Below are positions 1 to 10,248 of a stretch of DNA of 49,422 bases, in pieces (the first letter of the stretch is position 1; each line of letters starts with the position of its first letter). The notes below the pieces were generated by a model that was given only the letters and a program-made list of their open reading frames with translations, ran no database searches and was not told where the DNA came from. The position numbers and the translations under genes are program-made. Source of the DNA: Nitrososphaeraceae archaeon (GTDB lineage: Archaea > Thermoproteota > Nitrososphaeria > Nitrososphaerales > Nitrososphaeraceae); NCBI GenBank assembly GCA_044870765.1, contig JBIOZG010000036.1:1-49422 (forward strand), read 5' to 3'.

Positions 1-68
1 TAGTCTGAAAATTCGTGTGGATCCTTTTTAATTTGATCGAATTTGTTTCAGTATCGAGTTAACTTAAT

Positions 69-308
69 TCATTTCTTATCTACTATTGTCTTCAGCTCTG
101 AGGCAACAAGTCTTATAGCTAATAGAAACCCCTGTTTATAGGATTCATCAGTCTTTAGTTTCTTTAATTCCCTATCAGTTATCTTGGGAAAATCCTTCCT
201 TAATATACGATCCGAATTGACAGGATTTCTTCTTGCTATTTGATTTTTTACACGTTTTTCAGACACTTTTTTCTTTTTTACCAAAATATTTCTCTGTATT
301 GCGTTCAA
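69..308 (-). CDS. Small basic hypothetical protein (79 aa)
   Basis: ORF with TTG start and an AT-rich TATA-like upstream; a degenerate homologous copy lies at 16206-16444. Confidence 0.6.
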   Translation of the reverse strand: MNAIQRNILVKKKKVSEKRVKNQIARRNPVNSDRILRKDFPKITDRELKKLKTDESYKQGFLLAIRLVASELKTIVDKK

Positions 309-326
309 GTATAGAATATATAAATG

Positions 327-360
327 ATATCAAGTCACGATTAATATCAAGTCACGATTA
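327..360. repeat. Perfect 17-bp tandem duplication (ATATCAAGTCACGATTA x2)
   Basis: Read directly at 327-343 and 344-360. Confidence 0.95.
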
Positions 361-373
361 ACTAAGTTTCGAA

Positions 374-835
374 TCAGGTTCCCTCTGTGTTATAGTATGA
401 TTTTACAAAATCGATTAATATTCTTTTTACAAAAGGCGGCCGCACTTCTGATTTCTCGAACATGGCCTCACTAGTAACAGCGCTTTCATTTTTCACAACA
501 ATTTTTAATTTGTTACCATGCCTTTGGAACTCGATTTCAGCCCATTTACTTCCTTGCTGCAATCTATAGGGATTGAGAATTAATGCTATTTTTGCTAAAT
601 GCGGACTAACTTTTACATAAGAACCTTTGAATTCATTTCCTTTTGTTTCAAGATATCTTACCATTTGTGCCATTAACGGCTTAACAATGGTATTAAACAA
701 ATTCTTGAATTCATTTTCCAGCCCTAGGTAATCTTCGTGCTCTTTCATTTCCTTATTCCTGGTGTCCTCTTGTTTTTTCTGATAACGATCTAGTACCGAA
801 TCAAGTTCGTTTTCTATATCCCGTATGTCAATCAC
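374..835 (-). CDS. Hypothetical protein (153 aa) with coiled-coil-like N-terminus
   Basis: Long ORF; GGAGGTG Shine-Dalgarno at the start; same strand as the upstream hsp20-cdc48 block. Confidence 0.75.
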   Translation of the reverse strand: MIDIRDIENELDSVLDRYQKKQEDTRNKEMKEHEDYLGLENEFKNLFNTIVKPLMAQMVRYLETKGNEFKGSYVKVSPHLAKIALILNPYRLQQGSKWAEIEFQRHGNKLKIVVKNESAVTSEAMFEKSEVRPPFVKRILIDFVKSYYNTEGT

Positions 836-874
836 CTCCTGTCAATCAAGAAATAAAAAAATGTCTGAGTTGGT

Positions 875-1081
875 TTATATCCTTTTTCGGTCAACTTTTT
901 TCGATCGATGCCACGGCGTTGTTCTAACCTTTTGGTTACAATCACTACATCTTAAAATTTGCTTTGGATACTTCAGCTCACAAGTTGAACAGTAATTGAA
1001 ATAATCGTAGTCAATCCTACCGGCTAAAGGTGTTTGCTGTTGTTTTTCATTTATTTGGTTGGCCAAAGAGGTTTTTTGCAT
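875..1081 (-). CDS. Small zinc-ribbon protein (CSTC...CSDC)
   Basis: Two CxxC motifs; GAGGTG RBS; 13 bp downstream of cdc48. Confidence 0.75.
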   Translation of the reverse strand: MQKTSLANQINEKQQQTPLAGRIDYDYFNYCSTCELKYPKQILRCSDCNQKVRTTPWHRSKKVDRKRI

Positions 1082-1094
1082 GGATGAACACCTC

Positions 1095-3317
1095 TTACTT
1101 CATATTACTGGTATGCAGTACAGTAACGTTTCTGCTTACCTTCTTTAATGCATCTTCAAAATGTTTCATTGAGATTGTTAGAGGAGTCTTTCTGTTTTCA
1201 TTTTTTGAAAGATCATTTTTGGGGGTGCTCGGGTAGGCTCTATTATTTGTAATATGTTCCCTAATGGCTGACATTGCTGCTGCGCTAACGAGCGAGGCAA
1301 TATCGGCTCCTGAATATCCTTTTACCAATTCAGCGAGCTTTTCGATACTTACCGAATTGTCGACAGGTTTCTTCTTCATATGTATTTTCAATATCTCCTT
1401 TATGGAGTCGTTATCAGGAAGAGGAATTTCTAGTAGTCGATCGAATCTTCCTGGTCTTAACAATGCTTCATCAATGATATCAGGCCTATTCGTTGCTCCA
1501 ATGACAACAACACCTTTAAGATCTTCCAGACCGTCTATTTCAGTTAAAAGTTGGCTCACTAATCTCTCTCCTACATGAGAATCACCACTTCCAGTTGACG
1601 ATCTCCTAGGTGCAACTGAATCAAGCTCATCAAAGAATACAACACACGGACTGGCTTGTCTTGCCTTTCTGAATACTTCTCTTATTCCTTTTTCTGATTC
1701 GCCAACCCATTTTGATAGTAGCTCCGGTCCCTTGATACTGATGAAATTGGCCTCAGAATTTGTAGCCACAGCTTTTGCAATCATTGTTTTACCCGTACCA
1801 GGAGGCCCAAACAAAAGCAAACCTTTAGGAGGAACAATATCGGCCTCCGAAAAGAGATCGGCATATTTGAGGGGCCATTCGATCGCCTCTTTCAGTTCTT
1901 CCTTTACCACTGGAAGACCTCCTATATCTGTCCACATTACATTGGGTCTTTGCACGTACACTTCTCTAAGAGCACTTGGCTGCACATCCTTTAATGCATC
2001 CTCGAAATCTTTAGGTGTAATTTTGATTTTGTTCAGAGTTTCAATAGGGATCTTCGACTCTTCAAGATTAATTTCTGGTAGAACTGTCCTTAATGATCTC
2101 ATGGCCGCCTCTCTACAGACTGCTTCGAGATCAGCTCCTACGAAACCATGTGTCCTCTTGGCTATATGCTCCAAATGCACTTCTTGCGTAAGAGGCATTC
2201 CCCTTGTATGAATTTCAAGAATCTCAAATCTTCCGTTCTGATCTGGGATACCAATTTCTATTTCTCTGTCAAATCGACCAGGACGTCTTAGAGCAGGGTC
2301 CAGAGCGTCGGGCCTATTTGTAGCACCGATTACTACGATTTTGCCTCTGGATTCAAGTCCGTCCATAAGCGTTAATAGCTGTGAGACCACCCTTTTTTCT
2401 ACATCACCTGCTACTTCTTCTCGCTTGGGAGCAATAGAATCAATTTCGTCAATAAATATAATGCTGGGAGCATTCTCCTGTGCTTGTTTAAACGTATCTC
2501 TGAGCCTCTCTTCGCTTTCTCCATAGAACTTGCTCATTATTTCTGGTCCGCCTATAGAGTAAAAGTTGGCATTGGTTTCGTTTGCAACAGCTTTTGCCAG
2601 CAAGGTTTTTCCTGTTCCAGGAGGACCAAAAAGCAAAACGCCCCTAGGAGCTTCTATTCCAATTCTATCAAATATTTCTGGATGTCTCATTGGAAGCTCG
2701 ATCATTTCTCGTACTTTTTGAATTTCATTTCTTAAACCTCCAATGTCTTCATAGTTGACTCGTGGAATAAGTTTTGTTCCTTGTTTTGGAACAGAGCCTA
2801 TAACAAAATCTGTATCAGATCCAATTATCCCGGGGCCGTCTGAGGGAATAACAGTGGTAACAATGAATCCTATTTTACGACCCATCATGTTGACTGGTAT
2901 TGTATCTCCTTTCGTTACAACGTGACCTTCTAGTATTTCGGGAAGATATTCCTCCACGCCAACCACATTTAGATCTTCTGTTGGAGACAATACCACCTGT
3001 TCAATTTTTTTGGCATTCACTTTCCGGACAGAAACGTTGTCATCTATTCCCATGCCAAGATTATTACGTGTATATCCGTCTATTCGAATCAATTTTTTTC
3101 CAAAATCGGTCTGTTGAGCAGACCAGAGTATGGCATGTGTCTTTTTTCTGTTACCTGATATTTCGAGTATGTCGCCGGTTCCTAGTTGTAGGTCATTAAT
3201 AATCTTAGGATCTATGATGGCTATCCCTTTACCCACAAATTTCGGGTCCGTTTCTGCAATCCTGAGTGAAGTTTTTTCTAAGTTATCCTTATACTTATCA
3301 TTATTCAATTTTTTCAC
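1095..3317 (-). CDS. cdc48: CDC48/VCP family AAA+ ATPase (start may be the in-frame TTG at 3308)
   Basis: N-domain plus two AAA modules: GPPGTGKT x2, Walker [24 protein letters not shown] x2. Confidence 0.97.
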   Translation of the reverse strand: MKKLNNDKYKDNLEKTSLRIAETDPKFVGKGIAIIDPKIINDLQLGTGDILEISGNRKKTHAILWSAQQTDFGKKLIRIDGYTRNNLGMGIDDNVSVRKVNAKKIEQVVLSPTEDLNVVGVEEYLPEILEGHVVTKGDTIPVNMMGRKIGFIVTTVIPSDGPGIIGSDTDFVIGSVPKQGTKLIPRVNYEDIGGLRNEIQKVREMIELPMRHPEIFDRIGIEAPRGVLLFGPPGTGKTLLAKAVANETNANFYSIGGPEIMSKFYGESEERLRDTFKQAQENAPSIIFIDEIDSIAPKREEVAGDVEKRVVSQLLTLMDGLESRGKIVVIGATNRPDALDPALRRPGRFDREIEIGIPDQNGRFEILEIHTRGMPLTQEVHLEHIAKRTHGFVGADLEAVCREAAMRSLRTVLPEINLEESKIPIETLNKIKITPKDFEDALKDVQPSALREVYVQRPNVMWTDIGGLPVVKEELKEAIEWPLKYADLFSEADIVPPKGLLLFGPPGTGKTMIAKAVATNSEANFISIKGPELLSKWVGESEKGIREVFRKARQASPCVVFFDELDSVAPRRSSTGSGDSHVGERLVSQLLTEIDGLEDLKGVVVIGATNRPDIIDEALLRPGRFDRLLEIPLPDNDSIKEILKIHMKKKPVDNSVSIEKLAELVKGYSGADIASLVSAAAMSAIREHITNNRAYPSTPKNDLSKNENRKTPLTISMKHFEDALKKVSRNVTVLHTSNMK

Positions 3318-3344
3318 CTCAAAAAAAATGGAGTTTTTAGTGGC

Positions 3345-3872
3345 CTATTCGACCTTTATCTCCTTGGGTTTAGGTTTTGGCGATCTTTTCGATCTTAATT
3401 TTAGTTCCAGTATTCCGTTGGTGTAACTTGCTTTTGCACTATCAGAGTCAATTTCATCATACACTGGTATTTCTGTGTGATACTTCTTGTCGCCTTTCTC
3501 CGCATGTATTGTTACAAGTCCTTCAGCTACTTCCACTTTGACGTCCTGCTTCGTGATTCCAGGCATTTCGGCAGTTATGGTTAAAGTGTTGTCCTTTTCG
3601 TCAAAAGCTGTATCTACTAAGGGTTCTCGTGTAGAGCTTTGTTGCATCAATCCTCTTGTAGCAGGTTTTGCATTTCCAAACTCTCTTATGCGTGGTTTCC
3701 CATCTGGGCCGACAGTTAGTTGGTATCCGTAATAATACGGAAATGTATCGAATGCTGAGTTTGGCTCTCTAGCAGTCCGAAATAAACGGCCTAGCATTTG
3801 TTCTGCCTCTGAAAACTCTTTGTCAAGTTCTTCGAAGATCCTGTTTGTATATTCCCATGGATTTCTCCACAT
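3345..3872 (-). CDS. hsp20: Archaeal small heat-shock protein Hsp20
   Basis: YYYGYQLTVGPDGKP, AEMPG and ASYTNGILE alpha-crystallin motifs. Confidence 0.95.
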   Translation of the reverse strand: MWRNPWEYTNRIFEELDKEFSEAEQMLGRLFRTAREPNSAFDTFPYYYGYQLTVGPDGKPRIREFGNAKPATRGLMQQSSTREPLVDTAFDEKDNTLTITAEMPGITKQDVKVEVAEGLVTIHAEKGDKKYHTEIPVYDEIDSDSAKASYTNGILELKLRSKRSPKPKPKEIKVE

Positions 3873-4146
3873 ATACGTTCACCTGACGTTTTGTAATAGT
3901 TATTACGATATATATTTTTTACTGAACTCTACGCTGTTTTATGACATTATCTCAATGGCAAGCAATGTCCCGGTATTCATGTACGCAATATGCCTACTTG
4001 TGGGATGCAAAACATCAAAAAGTTCTCCTGTAATTTCTCCTAAACGCAAGAGCTTTTGTTGTGATAGCGCACAAAGAATCTCGGTCCTCACAGAGTATCC
4101 GATGCTTACACAAATGGCTATTAAATAATATTGCCATTAATATATT

Positions 4147-4332
4147 ATGGAAAAAAATTTTAATATTCAAAAATCAAAATCCCAGATAATTGATGCTTCA
4201 AGGACTGATGCAAAAGTCGAAAAACAACTTCAATGTATATGCGCACAATGCAATGATCCTTTCGAGCGTCTTGCTTACGAGAATTATTGCCACGGTTGTA
4301 TAAGAGAAATACTGAGGAGCTCAACAAACTAA
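4147..4332 (+). CDS. Small CxxC...CxxC zinc-binding protein
   Basis: CAQC and CHGC motifs; ATG start. Confidence 0.55.
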   Translation: MEKNFNIQKSKSQIIDASRTDAKVEKQLQCICAQCNDPFERLAYENYCHGCIREILRSSTN

Positions 4333-4670
4333 TCTAATTACTTCTCAGGCTTTATTTCATCAACGAATTTGATGTATGGCACCTTAACCTCTATCTTTTG
4401 TTTTATCATTCAGCAAAGATTTCTAATACTTCAAAAAACGTTTGCACCATAATTGTTGGAATTATGATCCTCGTGGTATGGTCTAAAAACCAATACACAT
4501 CGACATGATCAGGGCCGTACGAGATAACGGACGAAAATAATCCCGTCAGCGAACATAACATATGAAATGTTGCGTTGATTTATTATGGTCAACAAATTAT
4601 AAAATAATTTTATTCATAAGACAAATAAAATAAGATGCATTGGCGCAATAATACAATGACATACCTAGCA

Positions 4671-4955
4671 TTACGCTGTTTCGAGTTCTGAAATTTGCTT
4701 AATCGATCTTCTGTTACTAAATTGGACTTCGATGCCATTCTTTTCTAAATAGTGATATCCAAAGGGTTCATTTGACAGAAGCGGAAAACTTGACAGTTCG
4801 TCTTGATGACACAAAGGACAGTTGCCATCTACTCCAACCAATTCAAAAAGACGAGATTTATCCAAAGAGGTAACACTCCACATGCAGTCTTCGCATAAGA
4901 TTAATATTCTCTCTCTATACTTAATATTTTCCTGGATTTTTGGATTGGGGCTCAT
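4671..4955 (-). CDS. Small zinc-binding protein (CEDC...CPLC)
   Basis: Two CxxC motifs in a 94-aa ORF. Confidence 0.7.
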   Translation of the reverse strand: MSPNPKIQENIKYRERILILCEDCMWSVTSLDKSRLFELVGVDGNCPLCHQDELSSFPLLSNEPFGYHYLEKNGIEVQFSNRRSIKQISELETA

Positions 4956-5319
4956 ATGTAATCAATTTTTTGCATCAAATGGGTTTTATTTAATTTTCGG
5001 TCTCTCATAAAGACTTACGATGTGTGCACTTTTAGATGAGCACTTGTTTAGGATGTATTCTATAATCTCAGTTAGGGAAGTTCCTGCGCCGAAGTCTCCA
5101 TGGATGCCACGTTTCTCCAGTAATTTCTTGTCTTTTGCGATATCATTTCGCTGCCAATGACCAAGATATTTAAAGATTTCTTTGATGAAATCTTGAGCAG
5201 TATAAAATTTAAAGGTTATTATGATATTATTTGGTCTCTATAAAGATACTTCACTTACCGTAAAATCAAGAAAAAAATAAATATGCCTTTGCCCTTTATT
5301 TCATCAATAGGTGAATTGT

Positions 5320-6975
5320 ATGTCTGTACAAGAACAAGTCCCTATAGTAGTTTTAAAAGAAGGTACTACCGAAACCAAAGATAGAGATGCACAGCGAAAT
5401 ACTATAACTGCAGCAAAGCTTGTTGCAGAGCTAGTTCGGTCTAGTCTTGGTCCCAGAGGCATGGACAAAATGTTAGTTGATCCACTCGGAGACGTAACGA
5501 TCACAAATGATGGTGCAACCATTTTAAAGGAAATAGAGATTCAGCACCCAGCGGCAAAGATGATGGTTGAAGTTTCAAAATCTATCGACAATGAAGTCGG
5601 AGACGGAACCACTTCTTCAGTTGTTGTGGCGGGTTCACTTCTGGAAAAGGCTGAAGAGCTCATAGATAAAGACGTACATCCGAGTTTAATAGTTGATGGA
5701 TACAAGAAGTGTTCCATAAAGGCAGGTGAAATACTTCGGGATGTAGCAATTAGTGTGAAGCCAGAGAATAAGGATATGTTATTGAAAATTTCAAAAACTT
5801 CGATGTCTTCCAAGATGGTTTCTTCAAATTCTGACCATCTATCAAATATTGTGGTAGATGCAGTTCTGGCCATTGCTGACAGAAACGGAGATAGTTTGTC
5901 TGTTGACATTGACAACATAAAAGTGGAGAAAAAGCCTGGTGGTTCAATTAATGATACTTCCTTCATACGGGGCGTGGTATTAGACAAAGAAGTAGTCCAT
6001 GCAGATATGCCAAAGAGGATTGAAAATGCTAAAATAATTGTTTTGAATTCCCCACTTGAAATAGAAAAGCCCGAATTTGATACTAAAGTTAGTATCAATT
6101 CTCCAGAACAAATTAAATCGTTCCTTGCAGAGGAAAACAACATATTAAGAAAAATGGTCGACCAGATTGTTTCTACCGGAGCAAATGTGCTTGTATGTCA
6201 AAAAGGTATAGATGACATTGCACAGCACTATTTGGCCAAAGCAAATATTTTGGCGGTTCAGAGAGCCAAAGAAAGCGATATGAGTAAATTAGCAAGAGCT
6301 TCCGGAGCAAGATTAGTAACGAACGTTGATGAATTGTCAGAAAATGATCTAGGTTCCTCACAGTTAGTTGAAGAAAGAAAGGTAGAAAACGATAAGTGGG
6401 TCTTTATTGAAGGCTGCAAAGATCCTAAGTCAATATCAATATTAATACGTGGAGGATCCCAAAGGGTTGTAGACGAGGCCGAAAGATCAGTGCATGATGC
6501 CTTAATGTGTGTAAAAGATGTTGTCCAGCATCCATACATAGTACCCGGAGGAGGAGCGCCCGAAGCTCTTGTTTCCCAGAAAATAAGGGAATGGGCTGGA
6601 TCTTTACCTGGGCGAGAACAGTTGGCAGCTGAAAGATATGCGGACGCACTGGAATCTGTACCATTAACACTAGCAAGAAATGCCGGAATGGACGTTATAG
6701 ATACACAGGTATACCTTCGTTCAAAAACATCATCTTCAGACAAACCAAGATTTGGGATTGATGTACTAAACGCAAGAATTGCAGATATCGCATCAATGGA
6801 CATATACGAGCCCCTCTCTGTAAAACAGAATGTCATCAATGCTGCAACCGAAACTGCCTCAATGATCCTAAGAATCGATAACGTAATAGCTGCCTCAAAA
6901 ACAAAGGACACATCGAGCCCCGGAGCAACTGGAAGACAGCCAGGGATGCCCGGAAATGGCATGGATGACTATTAA
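5320..6975 (+). CDS. ths: Thermosome (group II chaperonin) subunit
   Basis: [16 protein letters not shown] and GDGTTS motifs; GGTGA RBS places the start at ATG 5320; Gly/Met tail. Confidence 0.97.
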   Translation: MSVQEQVPIVVLKEGTTETKDRDAQRNTITAAKLVAELVRSSLGPRGMDKMLVDPLGDVTITNDGATILKEIEIQHPAAKMMVEVSKSIDNEVGDGTTSSVVVAGSLLEKAEELIDKDVHPSLIVDGYKKCSIKAGEILRDVAISVKPENKDMLLKISKTSMSSKMVSSNSDHLSNIVVDAVLAIADRNGDSLSVDIDNIKVEKKPGGSINDTSFIRGVVLDKEVVHADMPKRIENAKIIVLNSPLEIEKPEFDTKVSINSPEQIKSFLAEENNILRKMVDQIVSTGANVLVCQKGIDDIAQHYLAKANILAVQRAKESDMSKLARASGARLVTNVDELSENDLGSSQLVEERKVENDKWVFIEGCKDPKSISILIRGGSQRVVDEAERSVHDALMCVKDVVQHPYIVPGGGAPEALVSQKIREWAGSLPGREQLAAERYADALESVPLTLARNAGMDVIDTQVYLRSKTSSSDKPRFGIDVLNARIADIASMDIYEPLSVKQNVINAATETASMILRIDNVIAASKTKDTSSPGATGRQPGMPGNGMDDY

Positions 6976-6987
6976 TTTTCTTTTTTT
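6976..6987 (+). terminator. Oligo-T tract, likely archaeal terminator
   Basis: T-rich run directly after the thermosome stop codon. Confidence 0.5.
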
Positions 6988-7033
6988 AAAATAAGCAGAT
7001 TAAACATACATGAATTTTTTATTTGATAAAATT

Positions 7034-7198
7034 TTAGTCAGTTCCTTTATATTTTAATTCCTCATCTTTATTCTCTGATAATTGGTGTTCTTTTAATGAT
7101 TCCATGCTATCGAACATTTGCCCACAGACGTCACATTCCAAGCTTCCACTTTGTTTATCCACTTTGATATCCTTCTTACTCTCGTCTGTACTACTCAT
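7034..7198 (-). CDS. 54-aa C2H2-like zinc-finger microprotein (not in the ORF track)
   Basis: Manual translation MSSTDESKKDIKVDKQSGSLECDVCGQMFDSMESLKEHQLSENKDEELKYKGTD; CxxC-x3-F-x5-L-x2-H spacing. Confidence 0.75.
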   Translation of the reverse strand: MSSTDESKKDIKVDKQSGSLECDVCGQMFDSMESLKEHQLSENKDEELKYKGTD

Positions 7199-7343
7199 GA
7201 TAATGAATATACATACTAATTAATAAACGAAAACAGCAGTTGTCATAATTCCGATTGGATGAAAAATTTATCAATAATTTCATTTTCTGTCATTATAGAA
7301 GGTAATCAAACCGGTGGGACTAGTTTGATTTTTCAGGCGGGCC

Positions 7344-7397
7344 CGTCGGTACCCACGACGCTATCGGTTCAAAATTGGGATTCTTAATATGTTCTAT
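7344..7397 (+). repeat. Dispersed direct repeat, copy 1 (CGTCGGTACCCACGACGCTATCGGTTCAAAATTGGGATTC...)
   Basis: 45 of the first 48 nt match copy 2. Confidence 0.92.
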
Positions 7398-7538
7398 CGA
7401 TTGCTAGGAGCAAAGGTTTTCTAAAGGATTCAATGGGCTGGACCCGGAATTTGTGAAGCATTTCGATAATTGATTTTTACTTAAAAAGGGGAAAGTAGCA
7501 CATCTTCGGTTCATATTTGCTTATATCATACTATTCTA

Positions 7539-8087
7539 ATGAATCTCATGAATCACTGCATATTCTTGGGAGTTGTAATGACAATTGCCTTCATGATTAT
7601 TGGGACAAATGCATCAATGCCGGCCAATGTTTCATTTGGAGTTACGAGCTTAGAGTCAGTTTTTAAAAATCAAGAATCTTTAGACCGAAATGAGGCTGTT
7701 TATAATTCGAACGTAAGTAAATCACTCGATTCAAAAAACATATCACTAACTCCATACCGAATGACGGAAGAACATTATTTTGAAAACGGGATCCTGAAAG
7801 GTATAGGTAATTTAACTAACAATCAGACATTTTTTAACACATACTTGTCCGATGATTTGATAGTTGGGAGAGGGAATGGGACAATGGAAACTTCTGATGG
7901 CCAAAAGATTACATGGATTTCGTCTGACCTCGGAAAACTGCGGGATAATCAGTGGGTCTACTACGGAGTCATGCTCTTCAATAATACCAGTAGCGAATCG
8001 TTCTCTTTACTCAATAATAGTATCGCATTATCTAAGAGTTCATATCCTTTAATGGAACCGGAATACATATGGCTTTTAGAAAAGTAG
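7539..8087 (+). CDS. Secreted/surface hypothetical protein
   Basis: N-terminal hydrophobic signal segment; many N-x-S/T sequons. Confidence 0.8.
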   Translation: MNLMNHCIFLGVVMTIAFMIIGTNASMPANVSFGVTSLESVFKNQESLDRNEAVYNSNVSKSLDSKNISLTPYRMTEEHYFENGILKGIGNLTNNQTFFNTYLSDDLIVGRGNGTMETSDGQKITWISSDLGKLRDNQWVYYGVMLFNNTSSESFSLLNNSIALSKSSYPLMEPEYIWLLEK

Positions 8088-8185
8088 CAAGATGTAATCA
8101 CACATGGCAATTAGATTTTAAAGAAATATCTTCATAAATTAATTACTATACACAATCTTCATTGATAATCGTTAAAGTCTTCGGA

Positions 8186-8238
8186 CGTCGGTACCCGAGA
8201 CGCTATCGGTTCAAAATTGGGATTCTGAATATGACTAT
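8186..8238 (+). repeat. Dispersed direct repeat, copy 2
   Basis: CGTCGGTACCCGAGACGCTATCGGTTCAAAATTGGGATTCTGAATATG. Confidence 0.92.
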
Positions 8239-8347
8239 GAACAGTTAACCTATAAAATTTTCAATAATAGTATGACAGTTATTGAAACTGTAAGTTTTCA
8301 ATAAAACACAGAAAACCTTTAATAGCAAATTAAAATAGGTATAGGAA

Positions 8348-8713
8348 ATGAGGAGTAAATGCATGCTATTTGTAGTTACAGGCATGTTACTTGTTCTTGC
8401 AATCTATAGTTCATCTTCATATTTCGTATTTGCAGAAATTATTACTAATTGCCAAGGCGCTAGTAAAACAACTACATATTGTTCCACGTATGATACGGAA
8501 ACTGATGAAGGCCATAATTATAAGTGCACGAAAAATAAGGATGGCAAAACCTGGAGCTGTGAAGAAGTGAAGGCCATAAAAGCAGAATCGATATCTCCTG
8601 CACTCGATAACGCATTAGATTCCGCGATAAAAGGAAATTCCCAGATTACTCCGAAAGTTCCCAATCTACAAGATCTCCCTCAACTTCAGTCAACGAATAA
8701 TAGTACGAATTAA
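8348..8713 (+). CDS. Small secreted protein with four cysteines in the mature part
   Basis: Signal peptide ending VFA; 4 Cys, likely disulfides; low-complexity tail. Confidence 0.8.
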   Translation: MRSKCMLFVVTGMLLVLAIYSSSSYFVFAEIITNCQGASKTTTYCSTYDTETDEGHNYKCTKNKDGKTWSCEEVKAIKAESISPALDNALDSAIKGNSQITPKVPNLQDLPQLQSTNNSTN

Positions 8714-8821
8714 TCTAATGATGCTAGAGATATTATAACCGAAATTGATGAAAATAAGAATTTGAATAAATTGTAATCGAGAAAACATCCTCGTATTCAT
8801 GTCATCAACCTAGTGACAATA

Positions 8822-8868
8822 CGTCGGTACCCACGCCGTTATCGGTTCTTAAAGAGGACTCGGAATAT
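8822..8868 (+). repeat. Dispersed direct repeat, copy 3 (more diverged)
   Basis: 25 of the first 27 nt match copy 1; weaker similarity continues downstream. Confidence 0.85.
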
Positions 8869-8977
8869 ACCTTTGAGTAGCTAATCTATAAGTTTAGTCT
8901 TCACTGTGCACAATTATGATAATAGAATTAGCTTGAATGAGCTTGTTACCCTCCAGTGCCCATTGGTGAACGTAAAG

Positions 8978-9225
8978 ATGCTTCTATCCGGTGAAAGAAA
9001 GCTACACCAAGAAAAGCTTACGATTCTTGTGGATGAAGCTTTTGCTGTTGTAATGATGTCGAAATTTGCAGTCTTATTGAAGCCCGAATGAATGAAACGG
9101 TACAGGAAATAAATAAAAAAGATTCAATATATGAGTCTGATATATTAGATAGCGAATTAAGAATTCTGGATTGGATATTCTATCAGGTCTGTATGGATCA
9201 ACAAAAATTGCTTAACAGTTTATAA
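8978..9225 (+). pseudogene. Possible frameshifted gene (or a 45-aa ORF at 9088-9225)
   Basis: One frame reads MLLSGERKLHQEKLTILVDEAF; a second frame continues CCNDVEICSLIEARMNETVQEINKKDSIYESDILDSELRILDWIFYQVCMDQQKLLNSL; the switch falls at a T-run near 9040. Confidence 0.35.
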
Positions 9226-9436
9226 CCGTATAATAGTATGAAGTCTAGAAATAATTAGTGAGTGCTCAAGACAGGTGTCTTCACTGTGGCCATTCCCGAG
9301 TTACCCATATGAATACAATAAATGAAGGCACGGGATGTATCTCGCCTGATTGCTCATGTAGAAAATTTCTAGACTAGTAAATAGCAATACTGAAGCCTAT
9401 AATCATAATAAACAATTAGGGCCATAAGTAAAAAGA

Positions 9437-9703
9437 ATGACGAAGACACTATATCTATTGCAGGGACACAAGTTCGGTAACGAAAACATTGAAGCAACCT
9501 TAGCATGCCCAAAATGCGAAGAGATTTTCAAAAAAGAGTTCCCTTTAGATCTTGAAGGACAGATAACAGAATTCAAATGTCCCGTATGTAATTCTGCTAG
9601 CGAGGCCGATCTTCCTTCAAAGGGCATAGAAGAACAAAAAGAATTCGAGGGCGACCTCTTCGAGGCCGGAGAGGAGGATACTGAAGAATTCGATGAGAGT
9701 TAA
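9437..9703 (+). CDS. Small zinc-ribbon protein with acidic tail
   Basis: CPKC...CPVC; Glu/Asp-rich C-terminus. Confidence 0.75.
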   Translation: MTKTLYLLQGHKFGNENIEATLACPKCEEIFKKEFPLDLEGQITEFKCPVCNSASEADLPSKGIEEQKEFEGDLFEAGEEDTEEFDES

Positions 9704-9993
9704 TTGAAGTAGACTAACTAATTGGACCCCTAGTAAGGCAAGCATGGATATACTTACAGCGCATATTGATGGGATGGTAAGAAACAATAAAACCGGACGT
9801 GGCTCCTGGCGAGTTTATGTGCAGAACTTGTGAACTAAAGTGGACAAGTTTTATGAAAAATAATGTTCCCTGTACAGATACTACGTTGATAAGAAATGGC
9901 TAGCACGACTTCGATTTTGCTAATCCTGTTCTAAATAAATAGGACGCTATTTTTAATTACATCAATTCCTTCTGTCACGAGTTGTTTAGCACG

Positions 9994-10248
9994 TTACTGA
10001 TAAAGTGAATCATAACATTTTACATGATAGTACCTACGGCTATTTCCTCGACCAAATTTATGATTAGTTTCATATTCATCCCCTATGCGTATTTCCGCTC
10101 TGCATTTAAAACAGGCGACAATTTGCTTTTCCACAATCATTTGGAAGTATTCTTGCTCACTCGGAGATTTGTGATGCGATGAATCAAAATATTCGTGGAT
10201 TGAATTTTGTATCCTAGAAAAGATCTGTTTTAATTTATGCCGCGGCAT
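9994..10248 (-). CDS. Small zinc-finger protein (CxxC...HxxC)
   Basis: CFKC...IRIGD...YYHVKC pattern. Confidence 0.7.
   Translation of the reverse strand: MPRHKLKQIFSRIQNSIHEYFDSSHHKSPSEQEYFQMIVEKQIVACFKCRAEIRIGDEYETNHKFGRGNSRRYYHVKCYDSLYQ

Noticed and set aside
4500-4580. Hammerhead-like TGATCAG...stem...GAAA and a neighbouring hairpin; also a 43-aa minus-strand ORF
   Set aside because: The core deviates from CUGANGA, stems I and III are not evident, and the ORF has no motif
1030-6962. Long antisense ORFs over cdc48, hsp20 and the thermosome (similarly 19340..20167, 27580..28005 and 39837..40382)
   Set aside because: They are shadow frames of well-supported genes on the opposite strand and carry no motifs
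7344-7384. tRNA-half interpretation of the repeat (5-bp stem/7-nt loop followed by GGTTCAAAA)
   Set aside because: Pairing breaks in copies 2 and 3, and there is no acceptor stem or D-arm
7344-8868. CRISPR interpretation of the three repeats
   Set aside because: Intervals are 600-800 bp and contain whole genes; no cas genes are present
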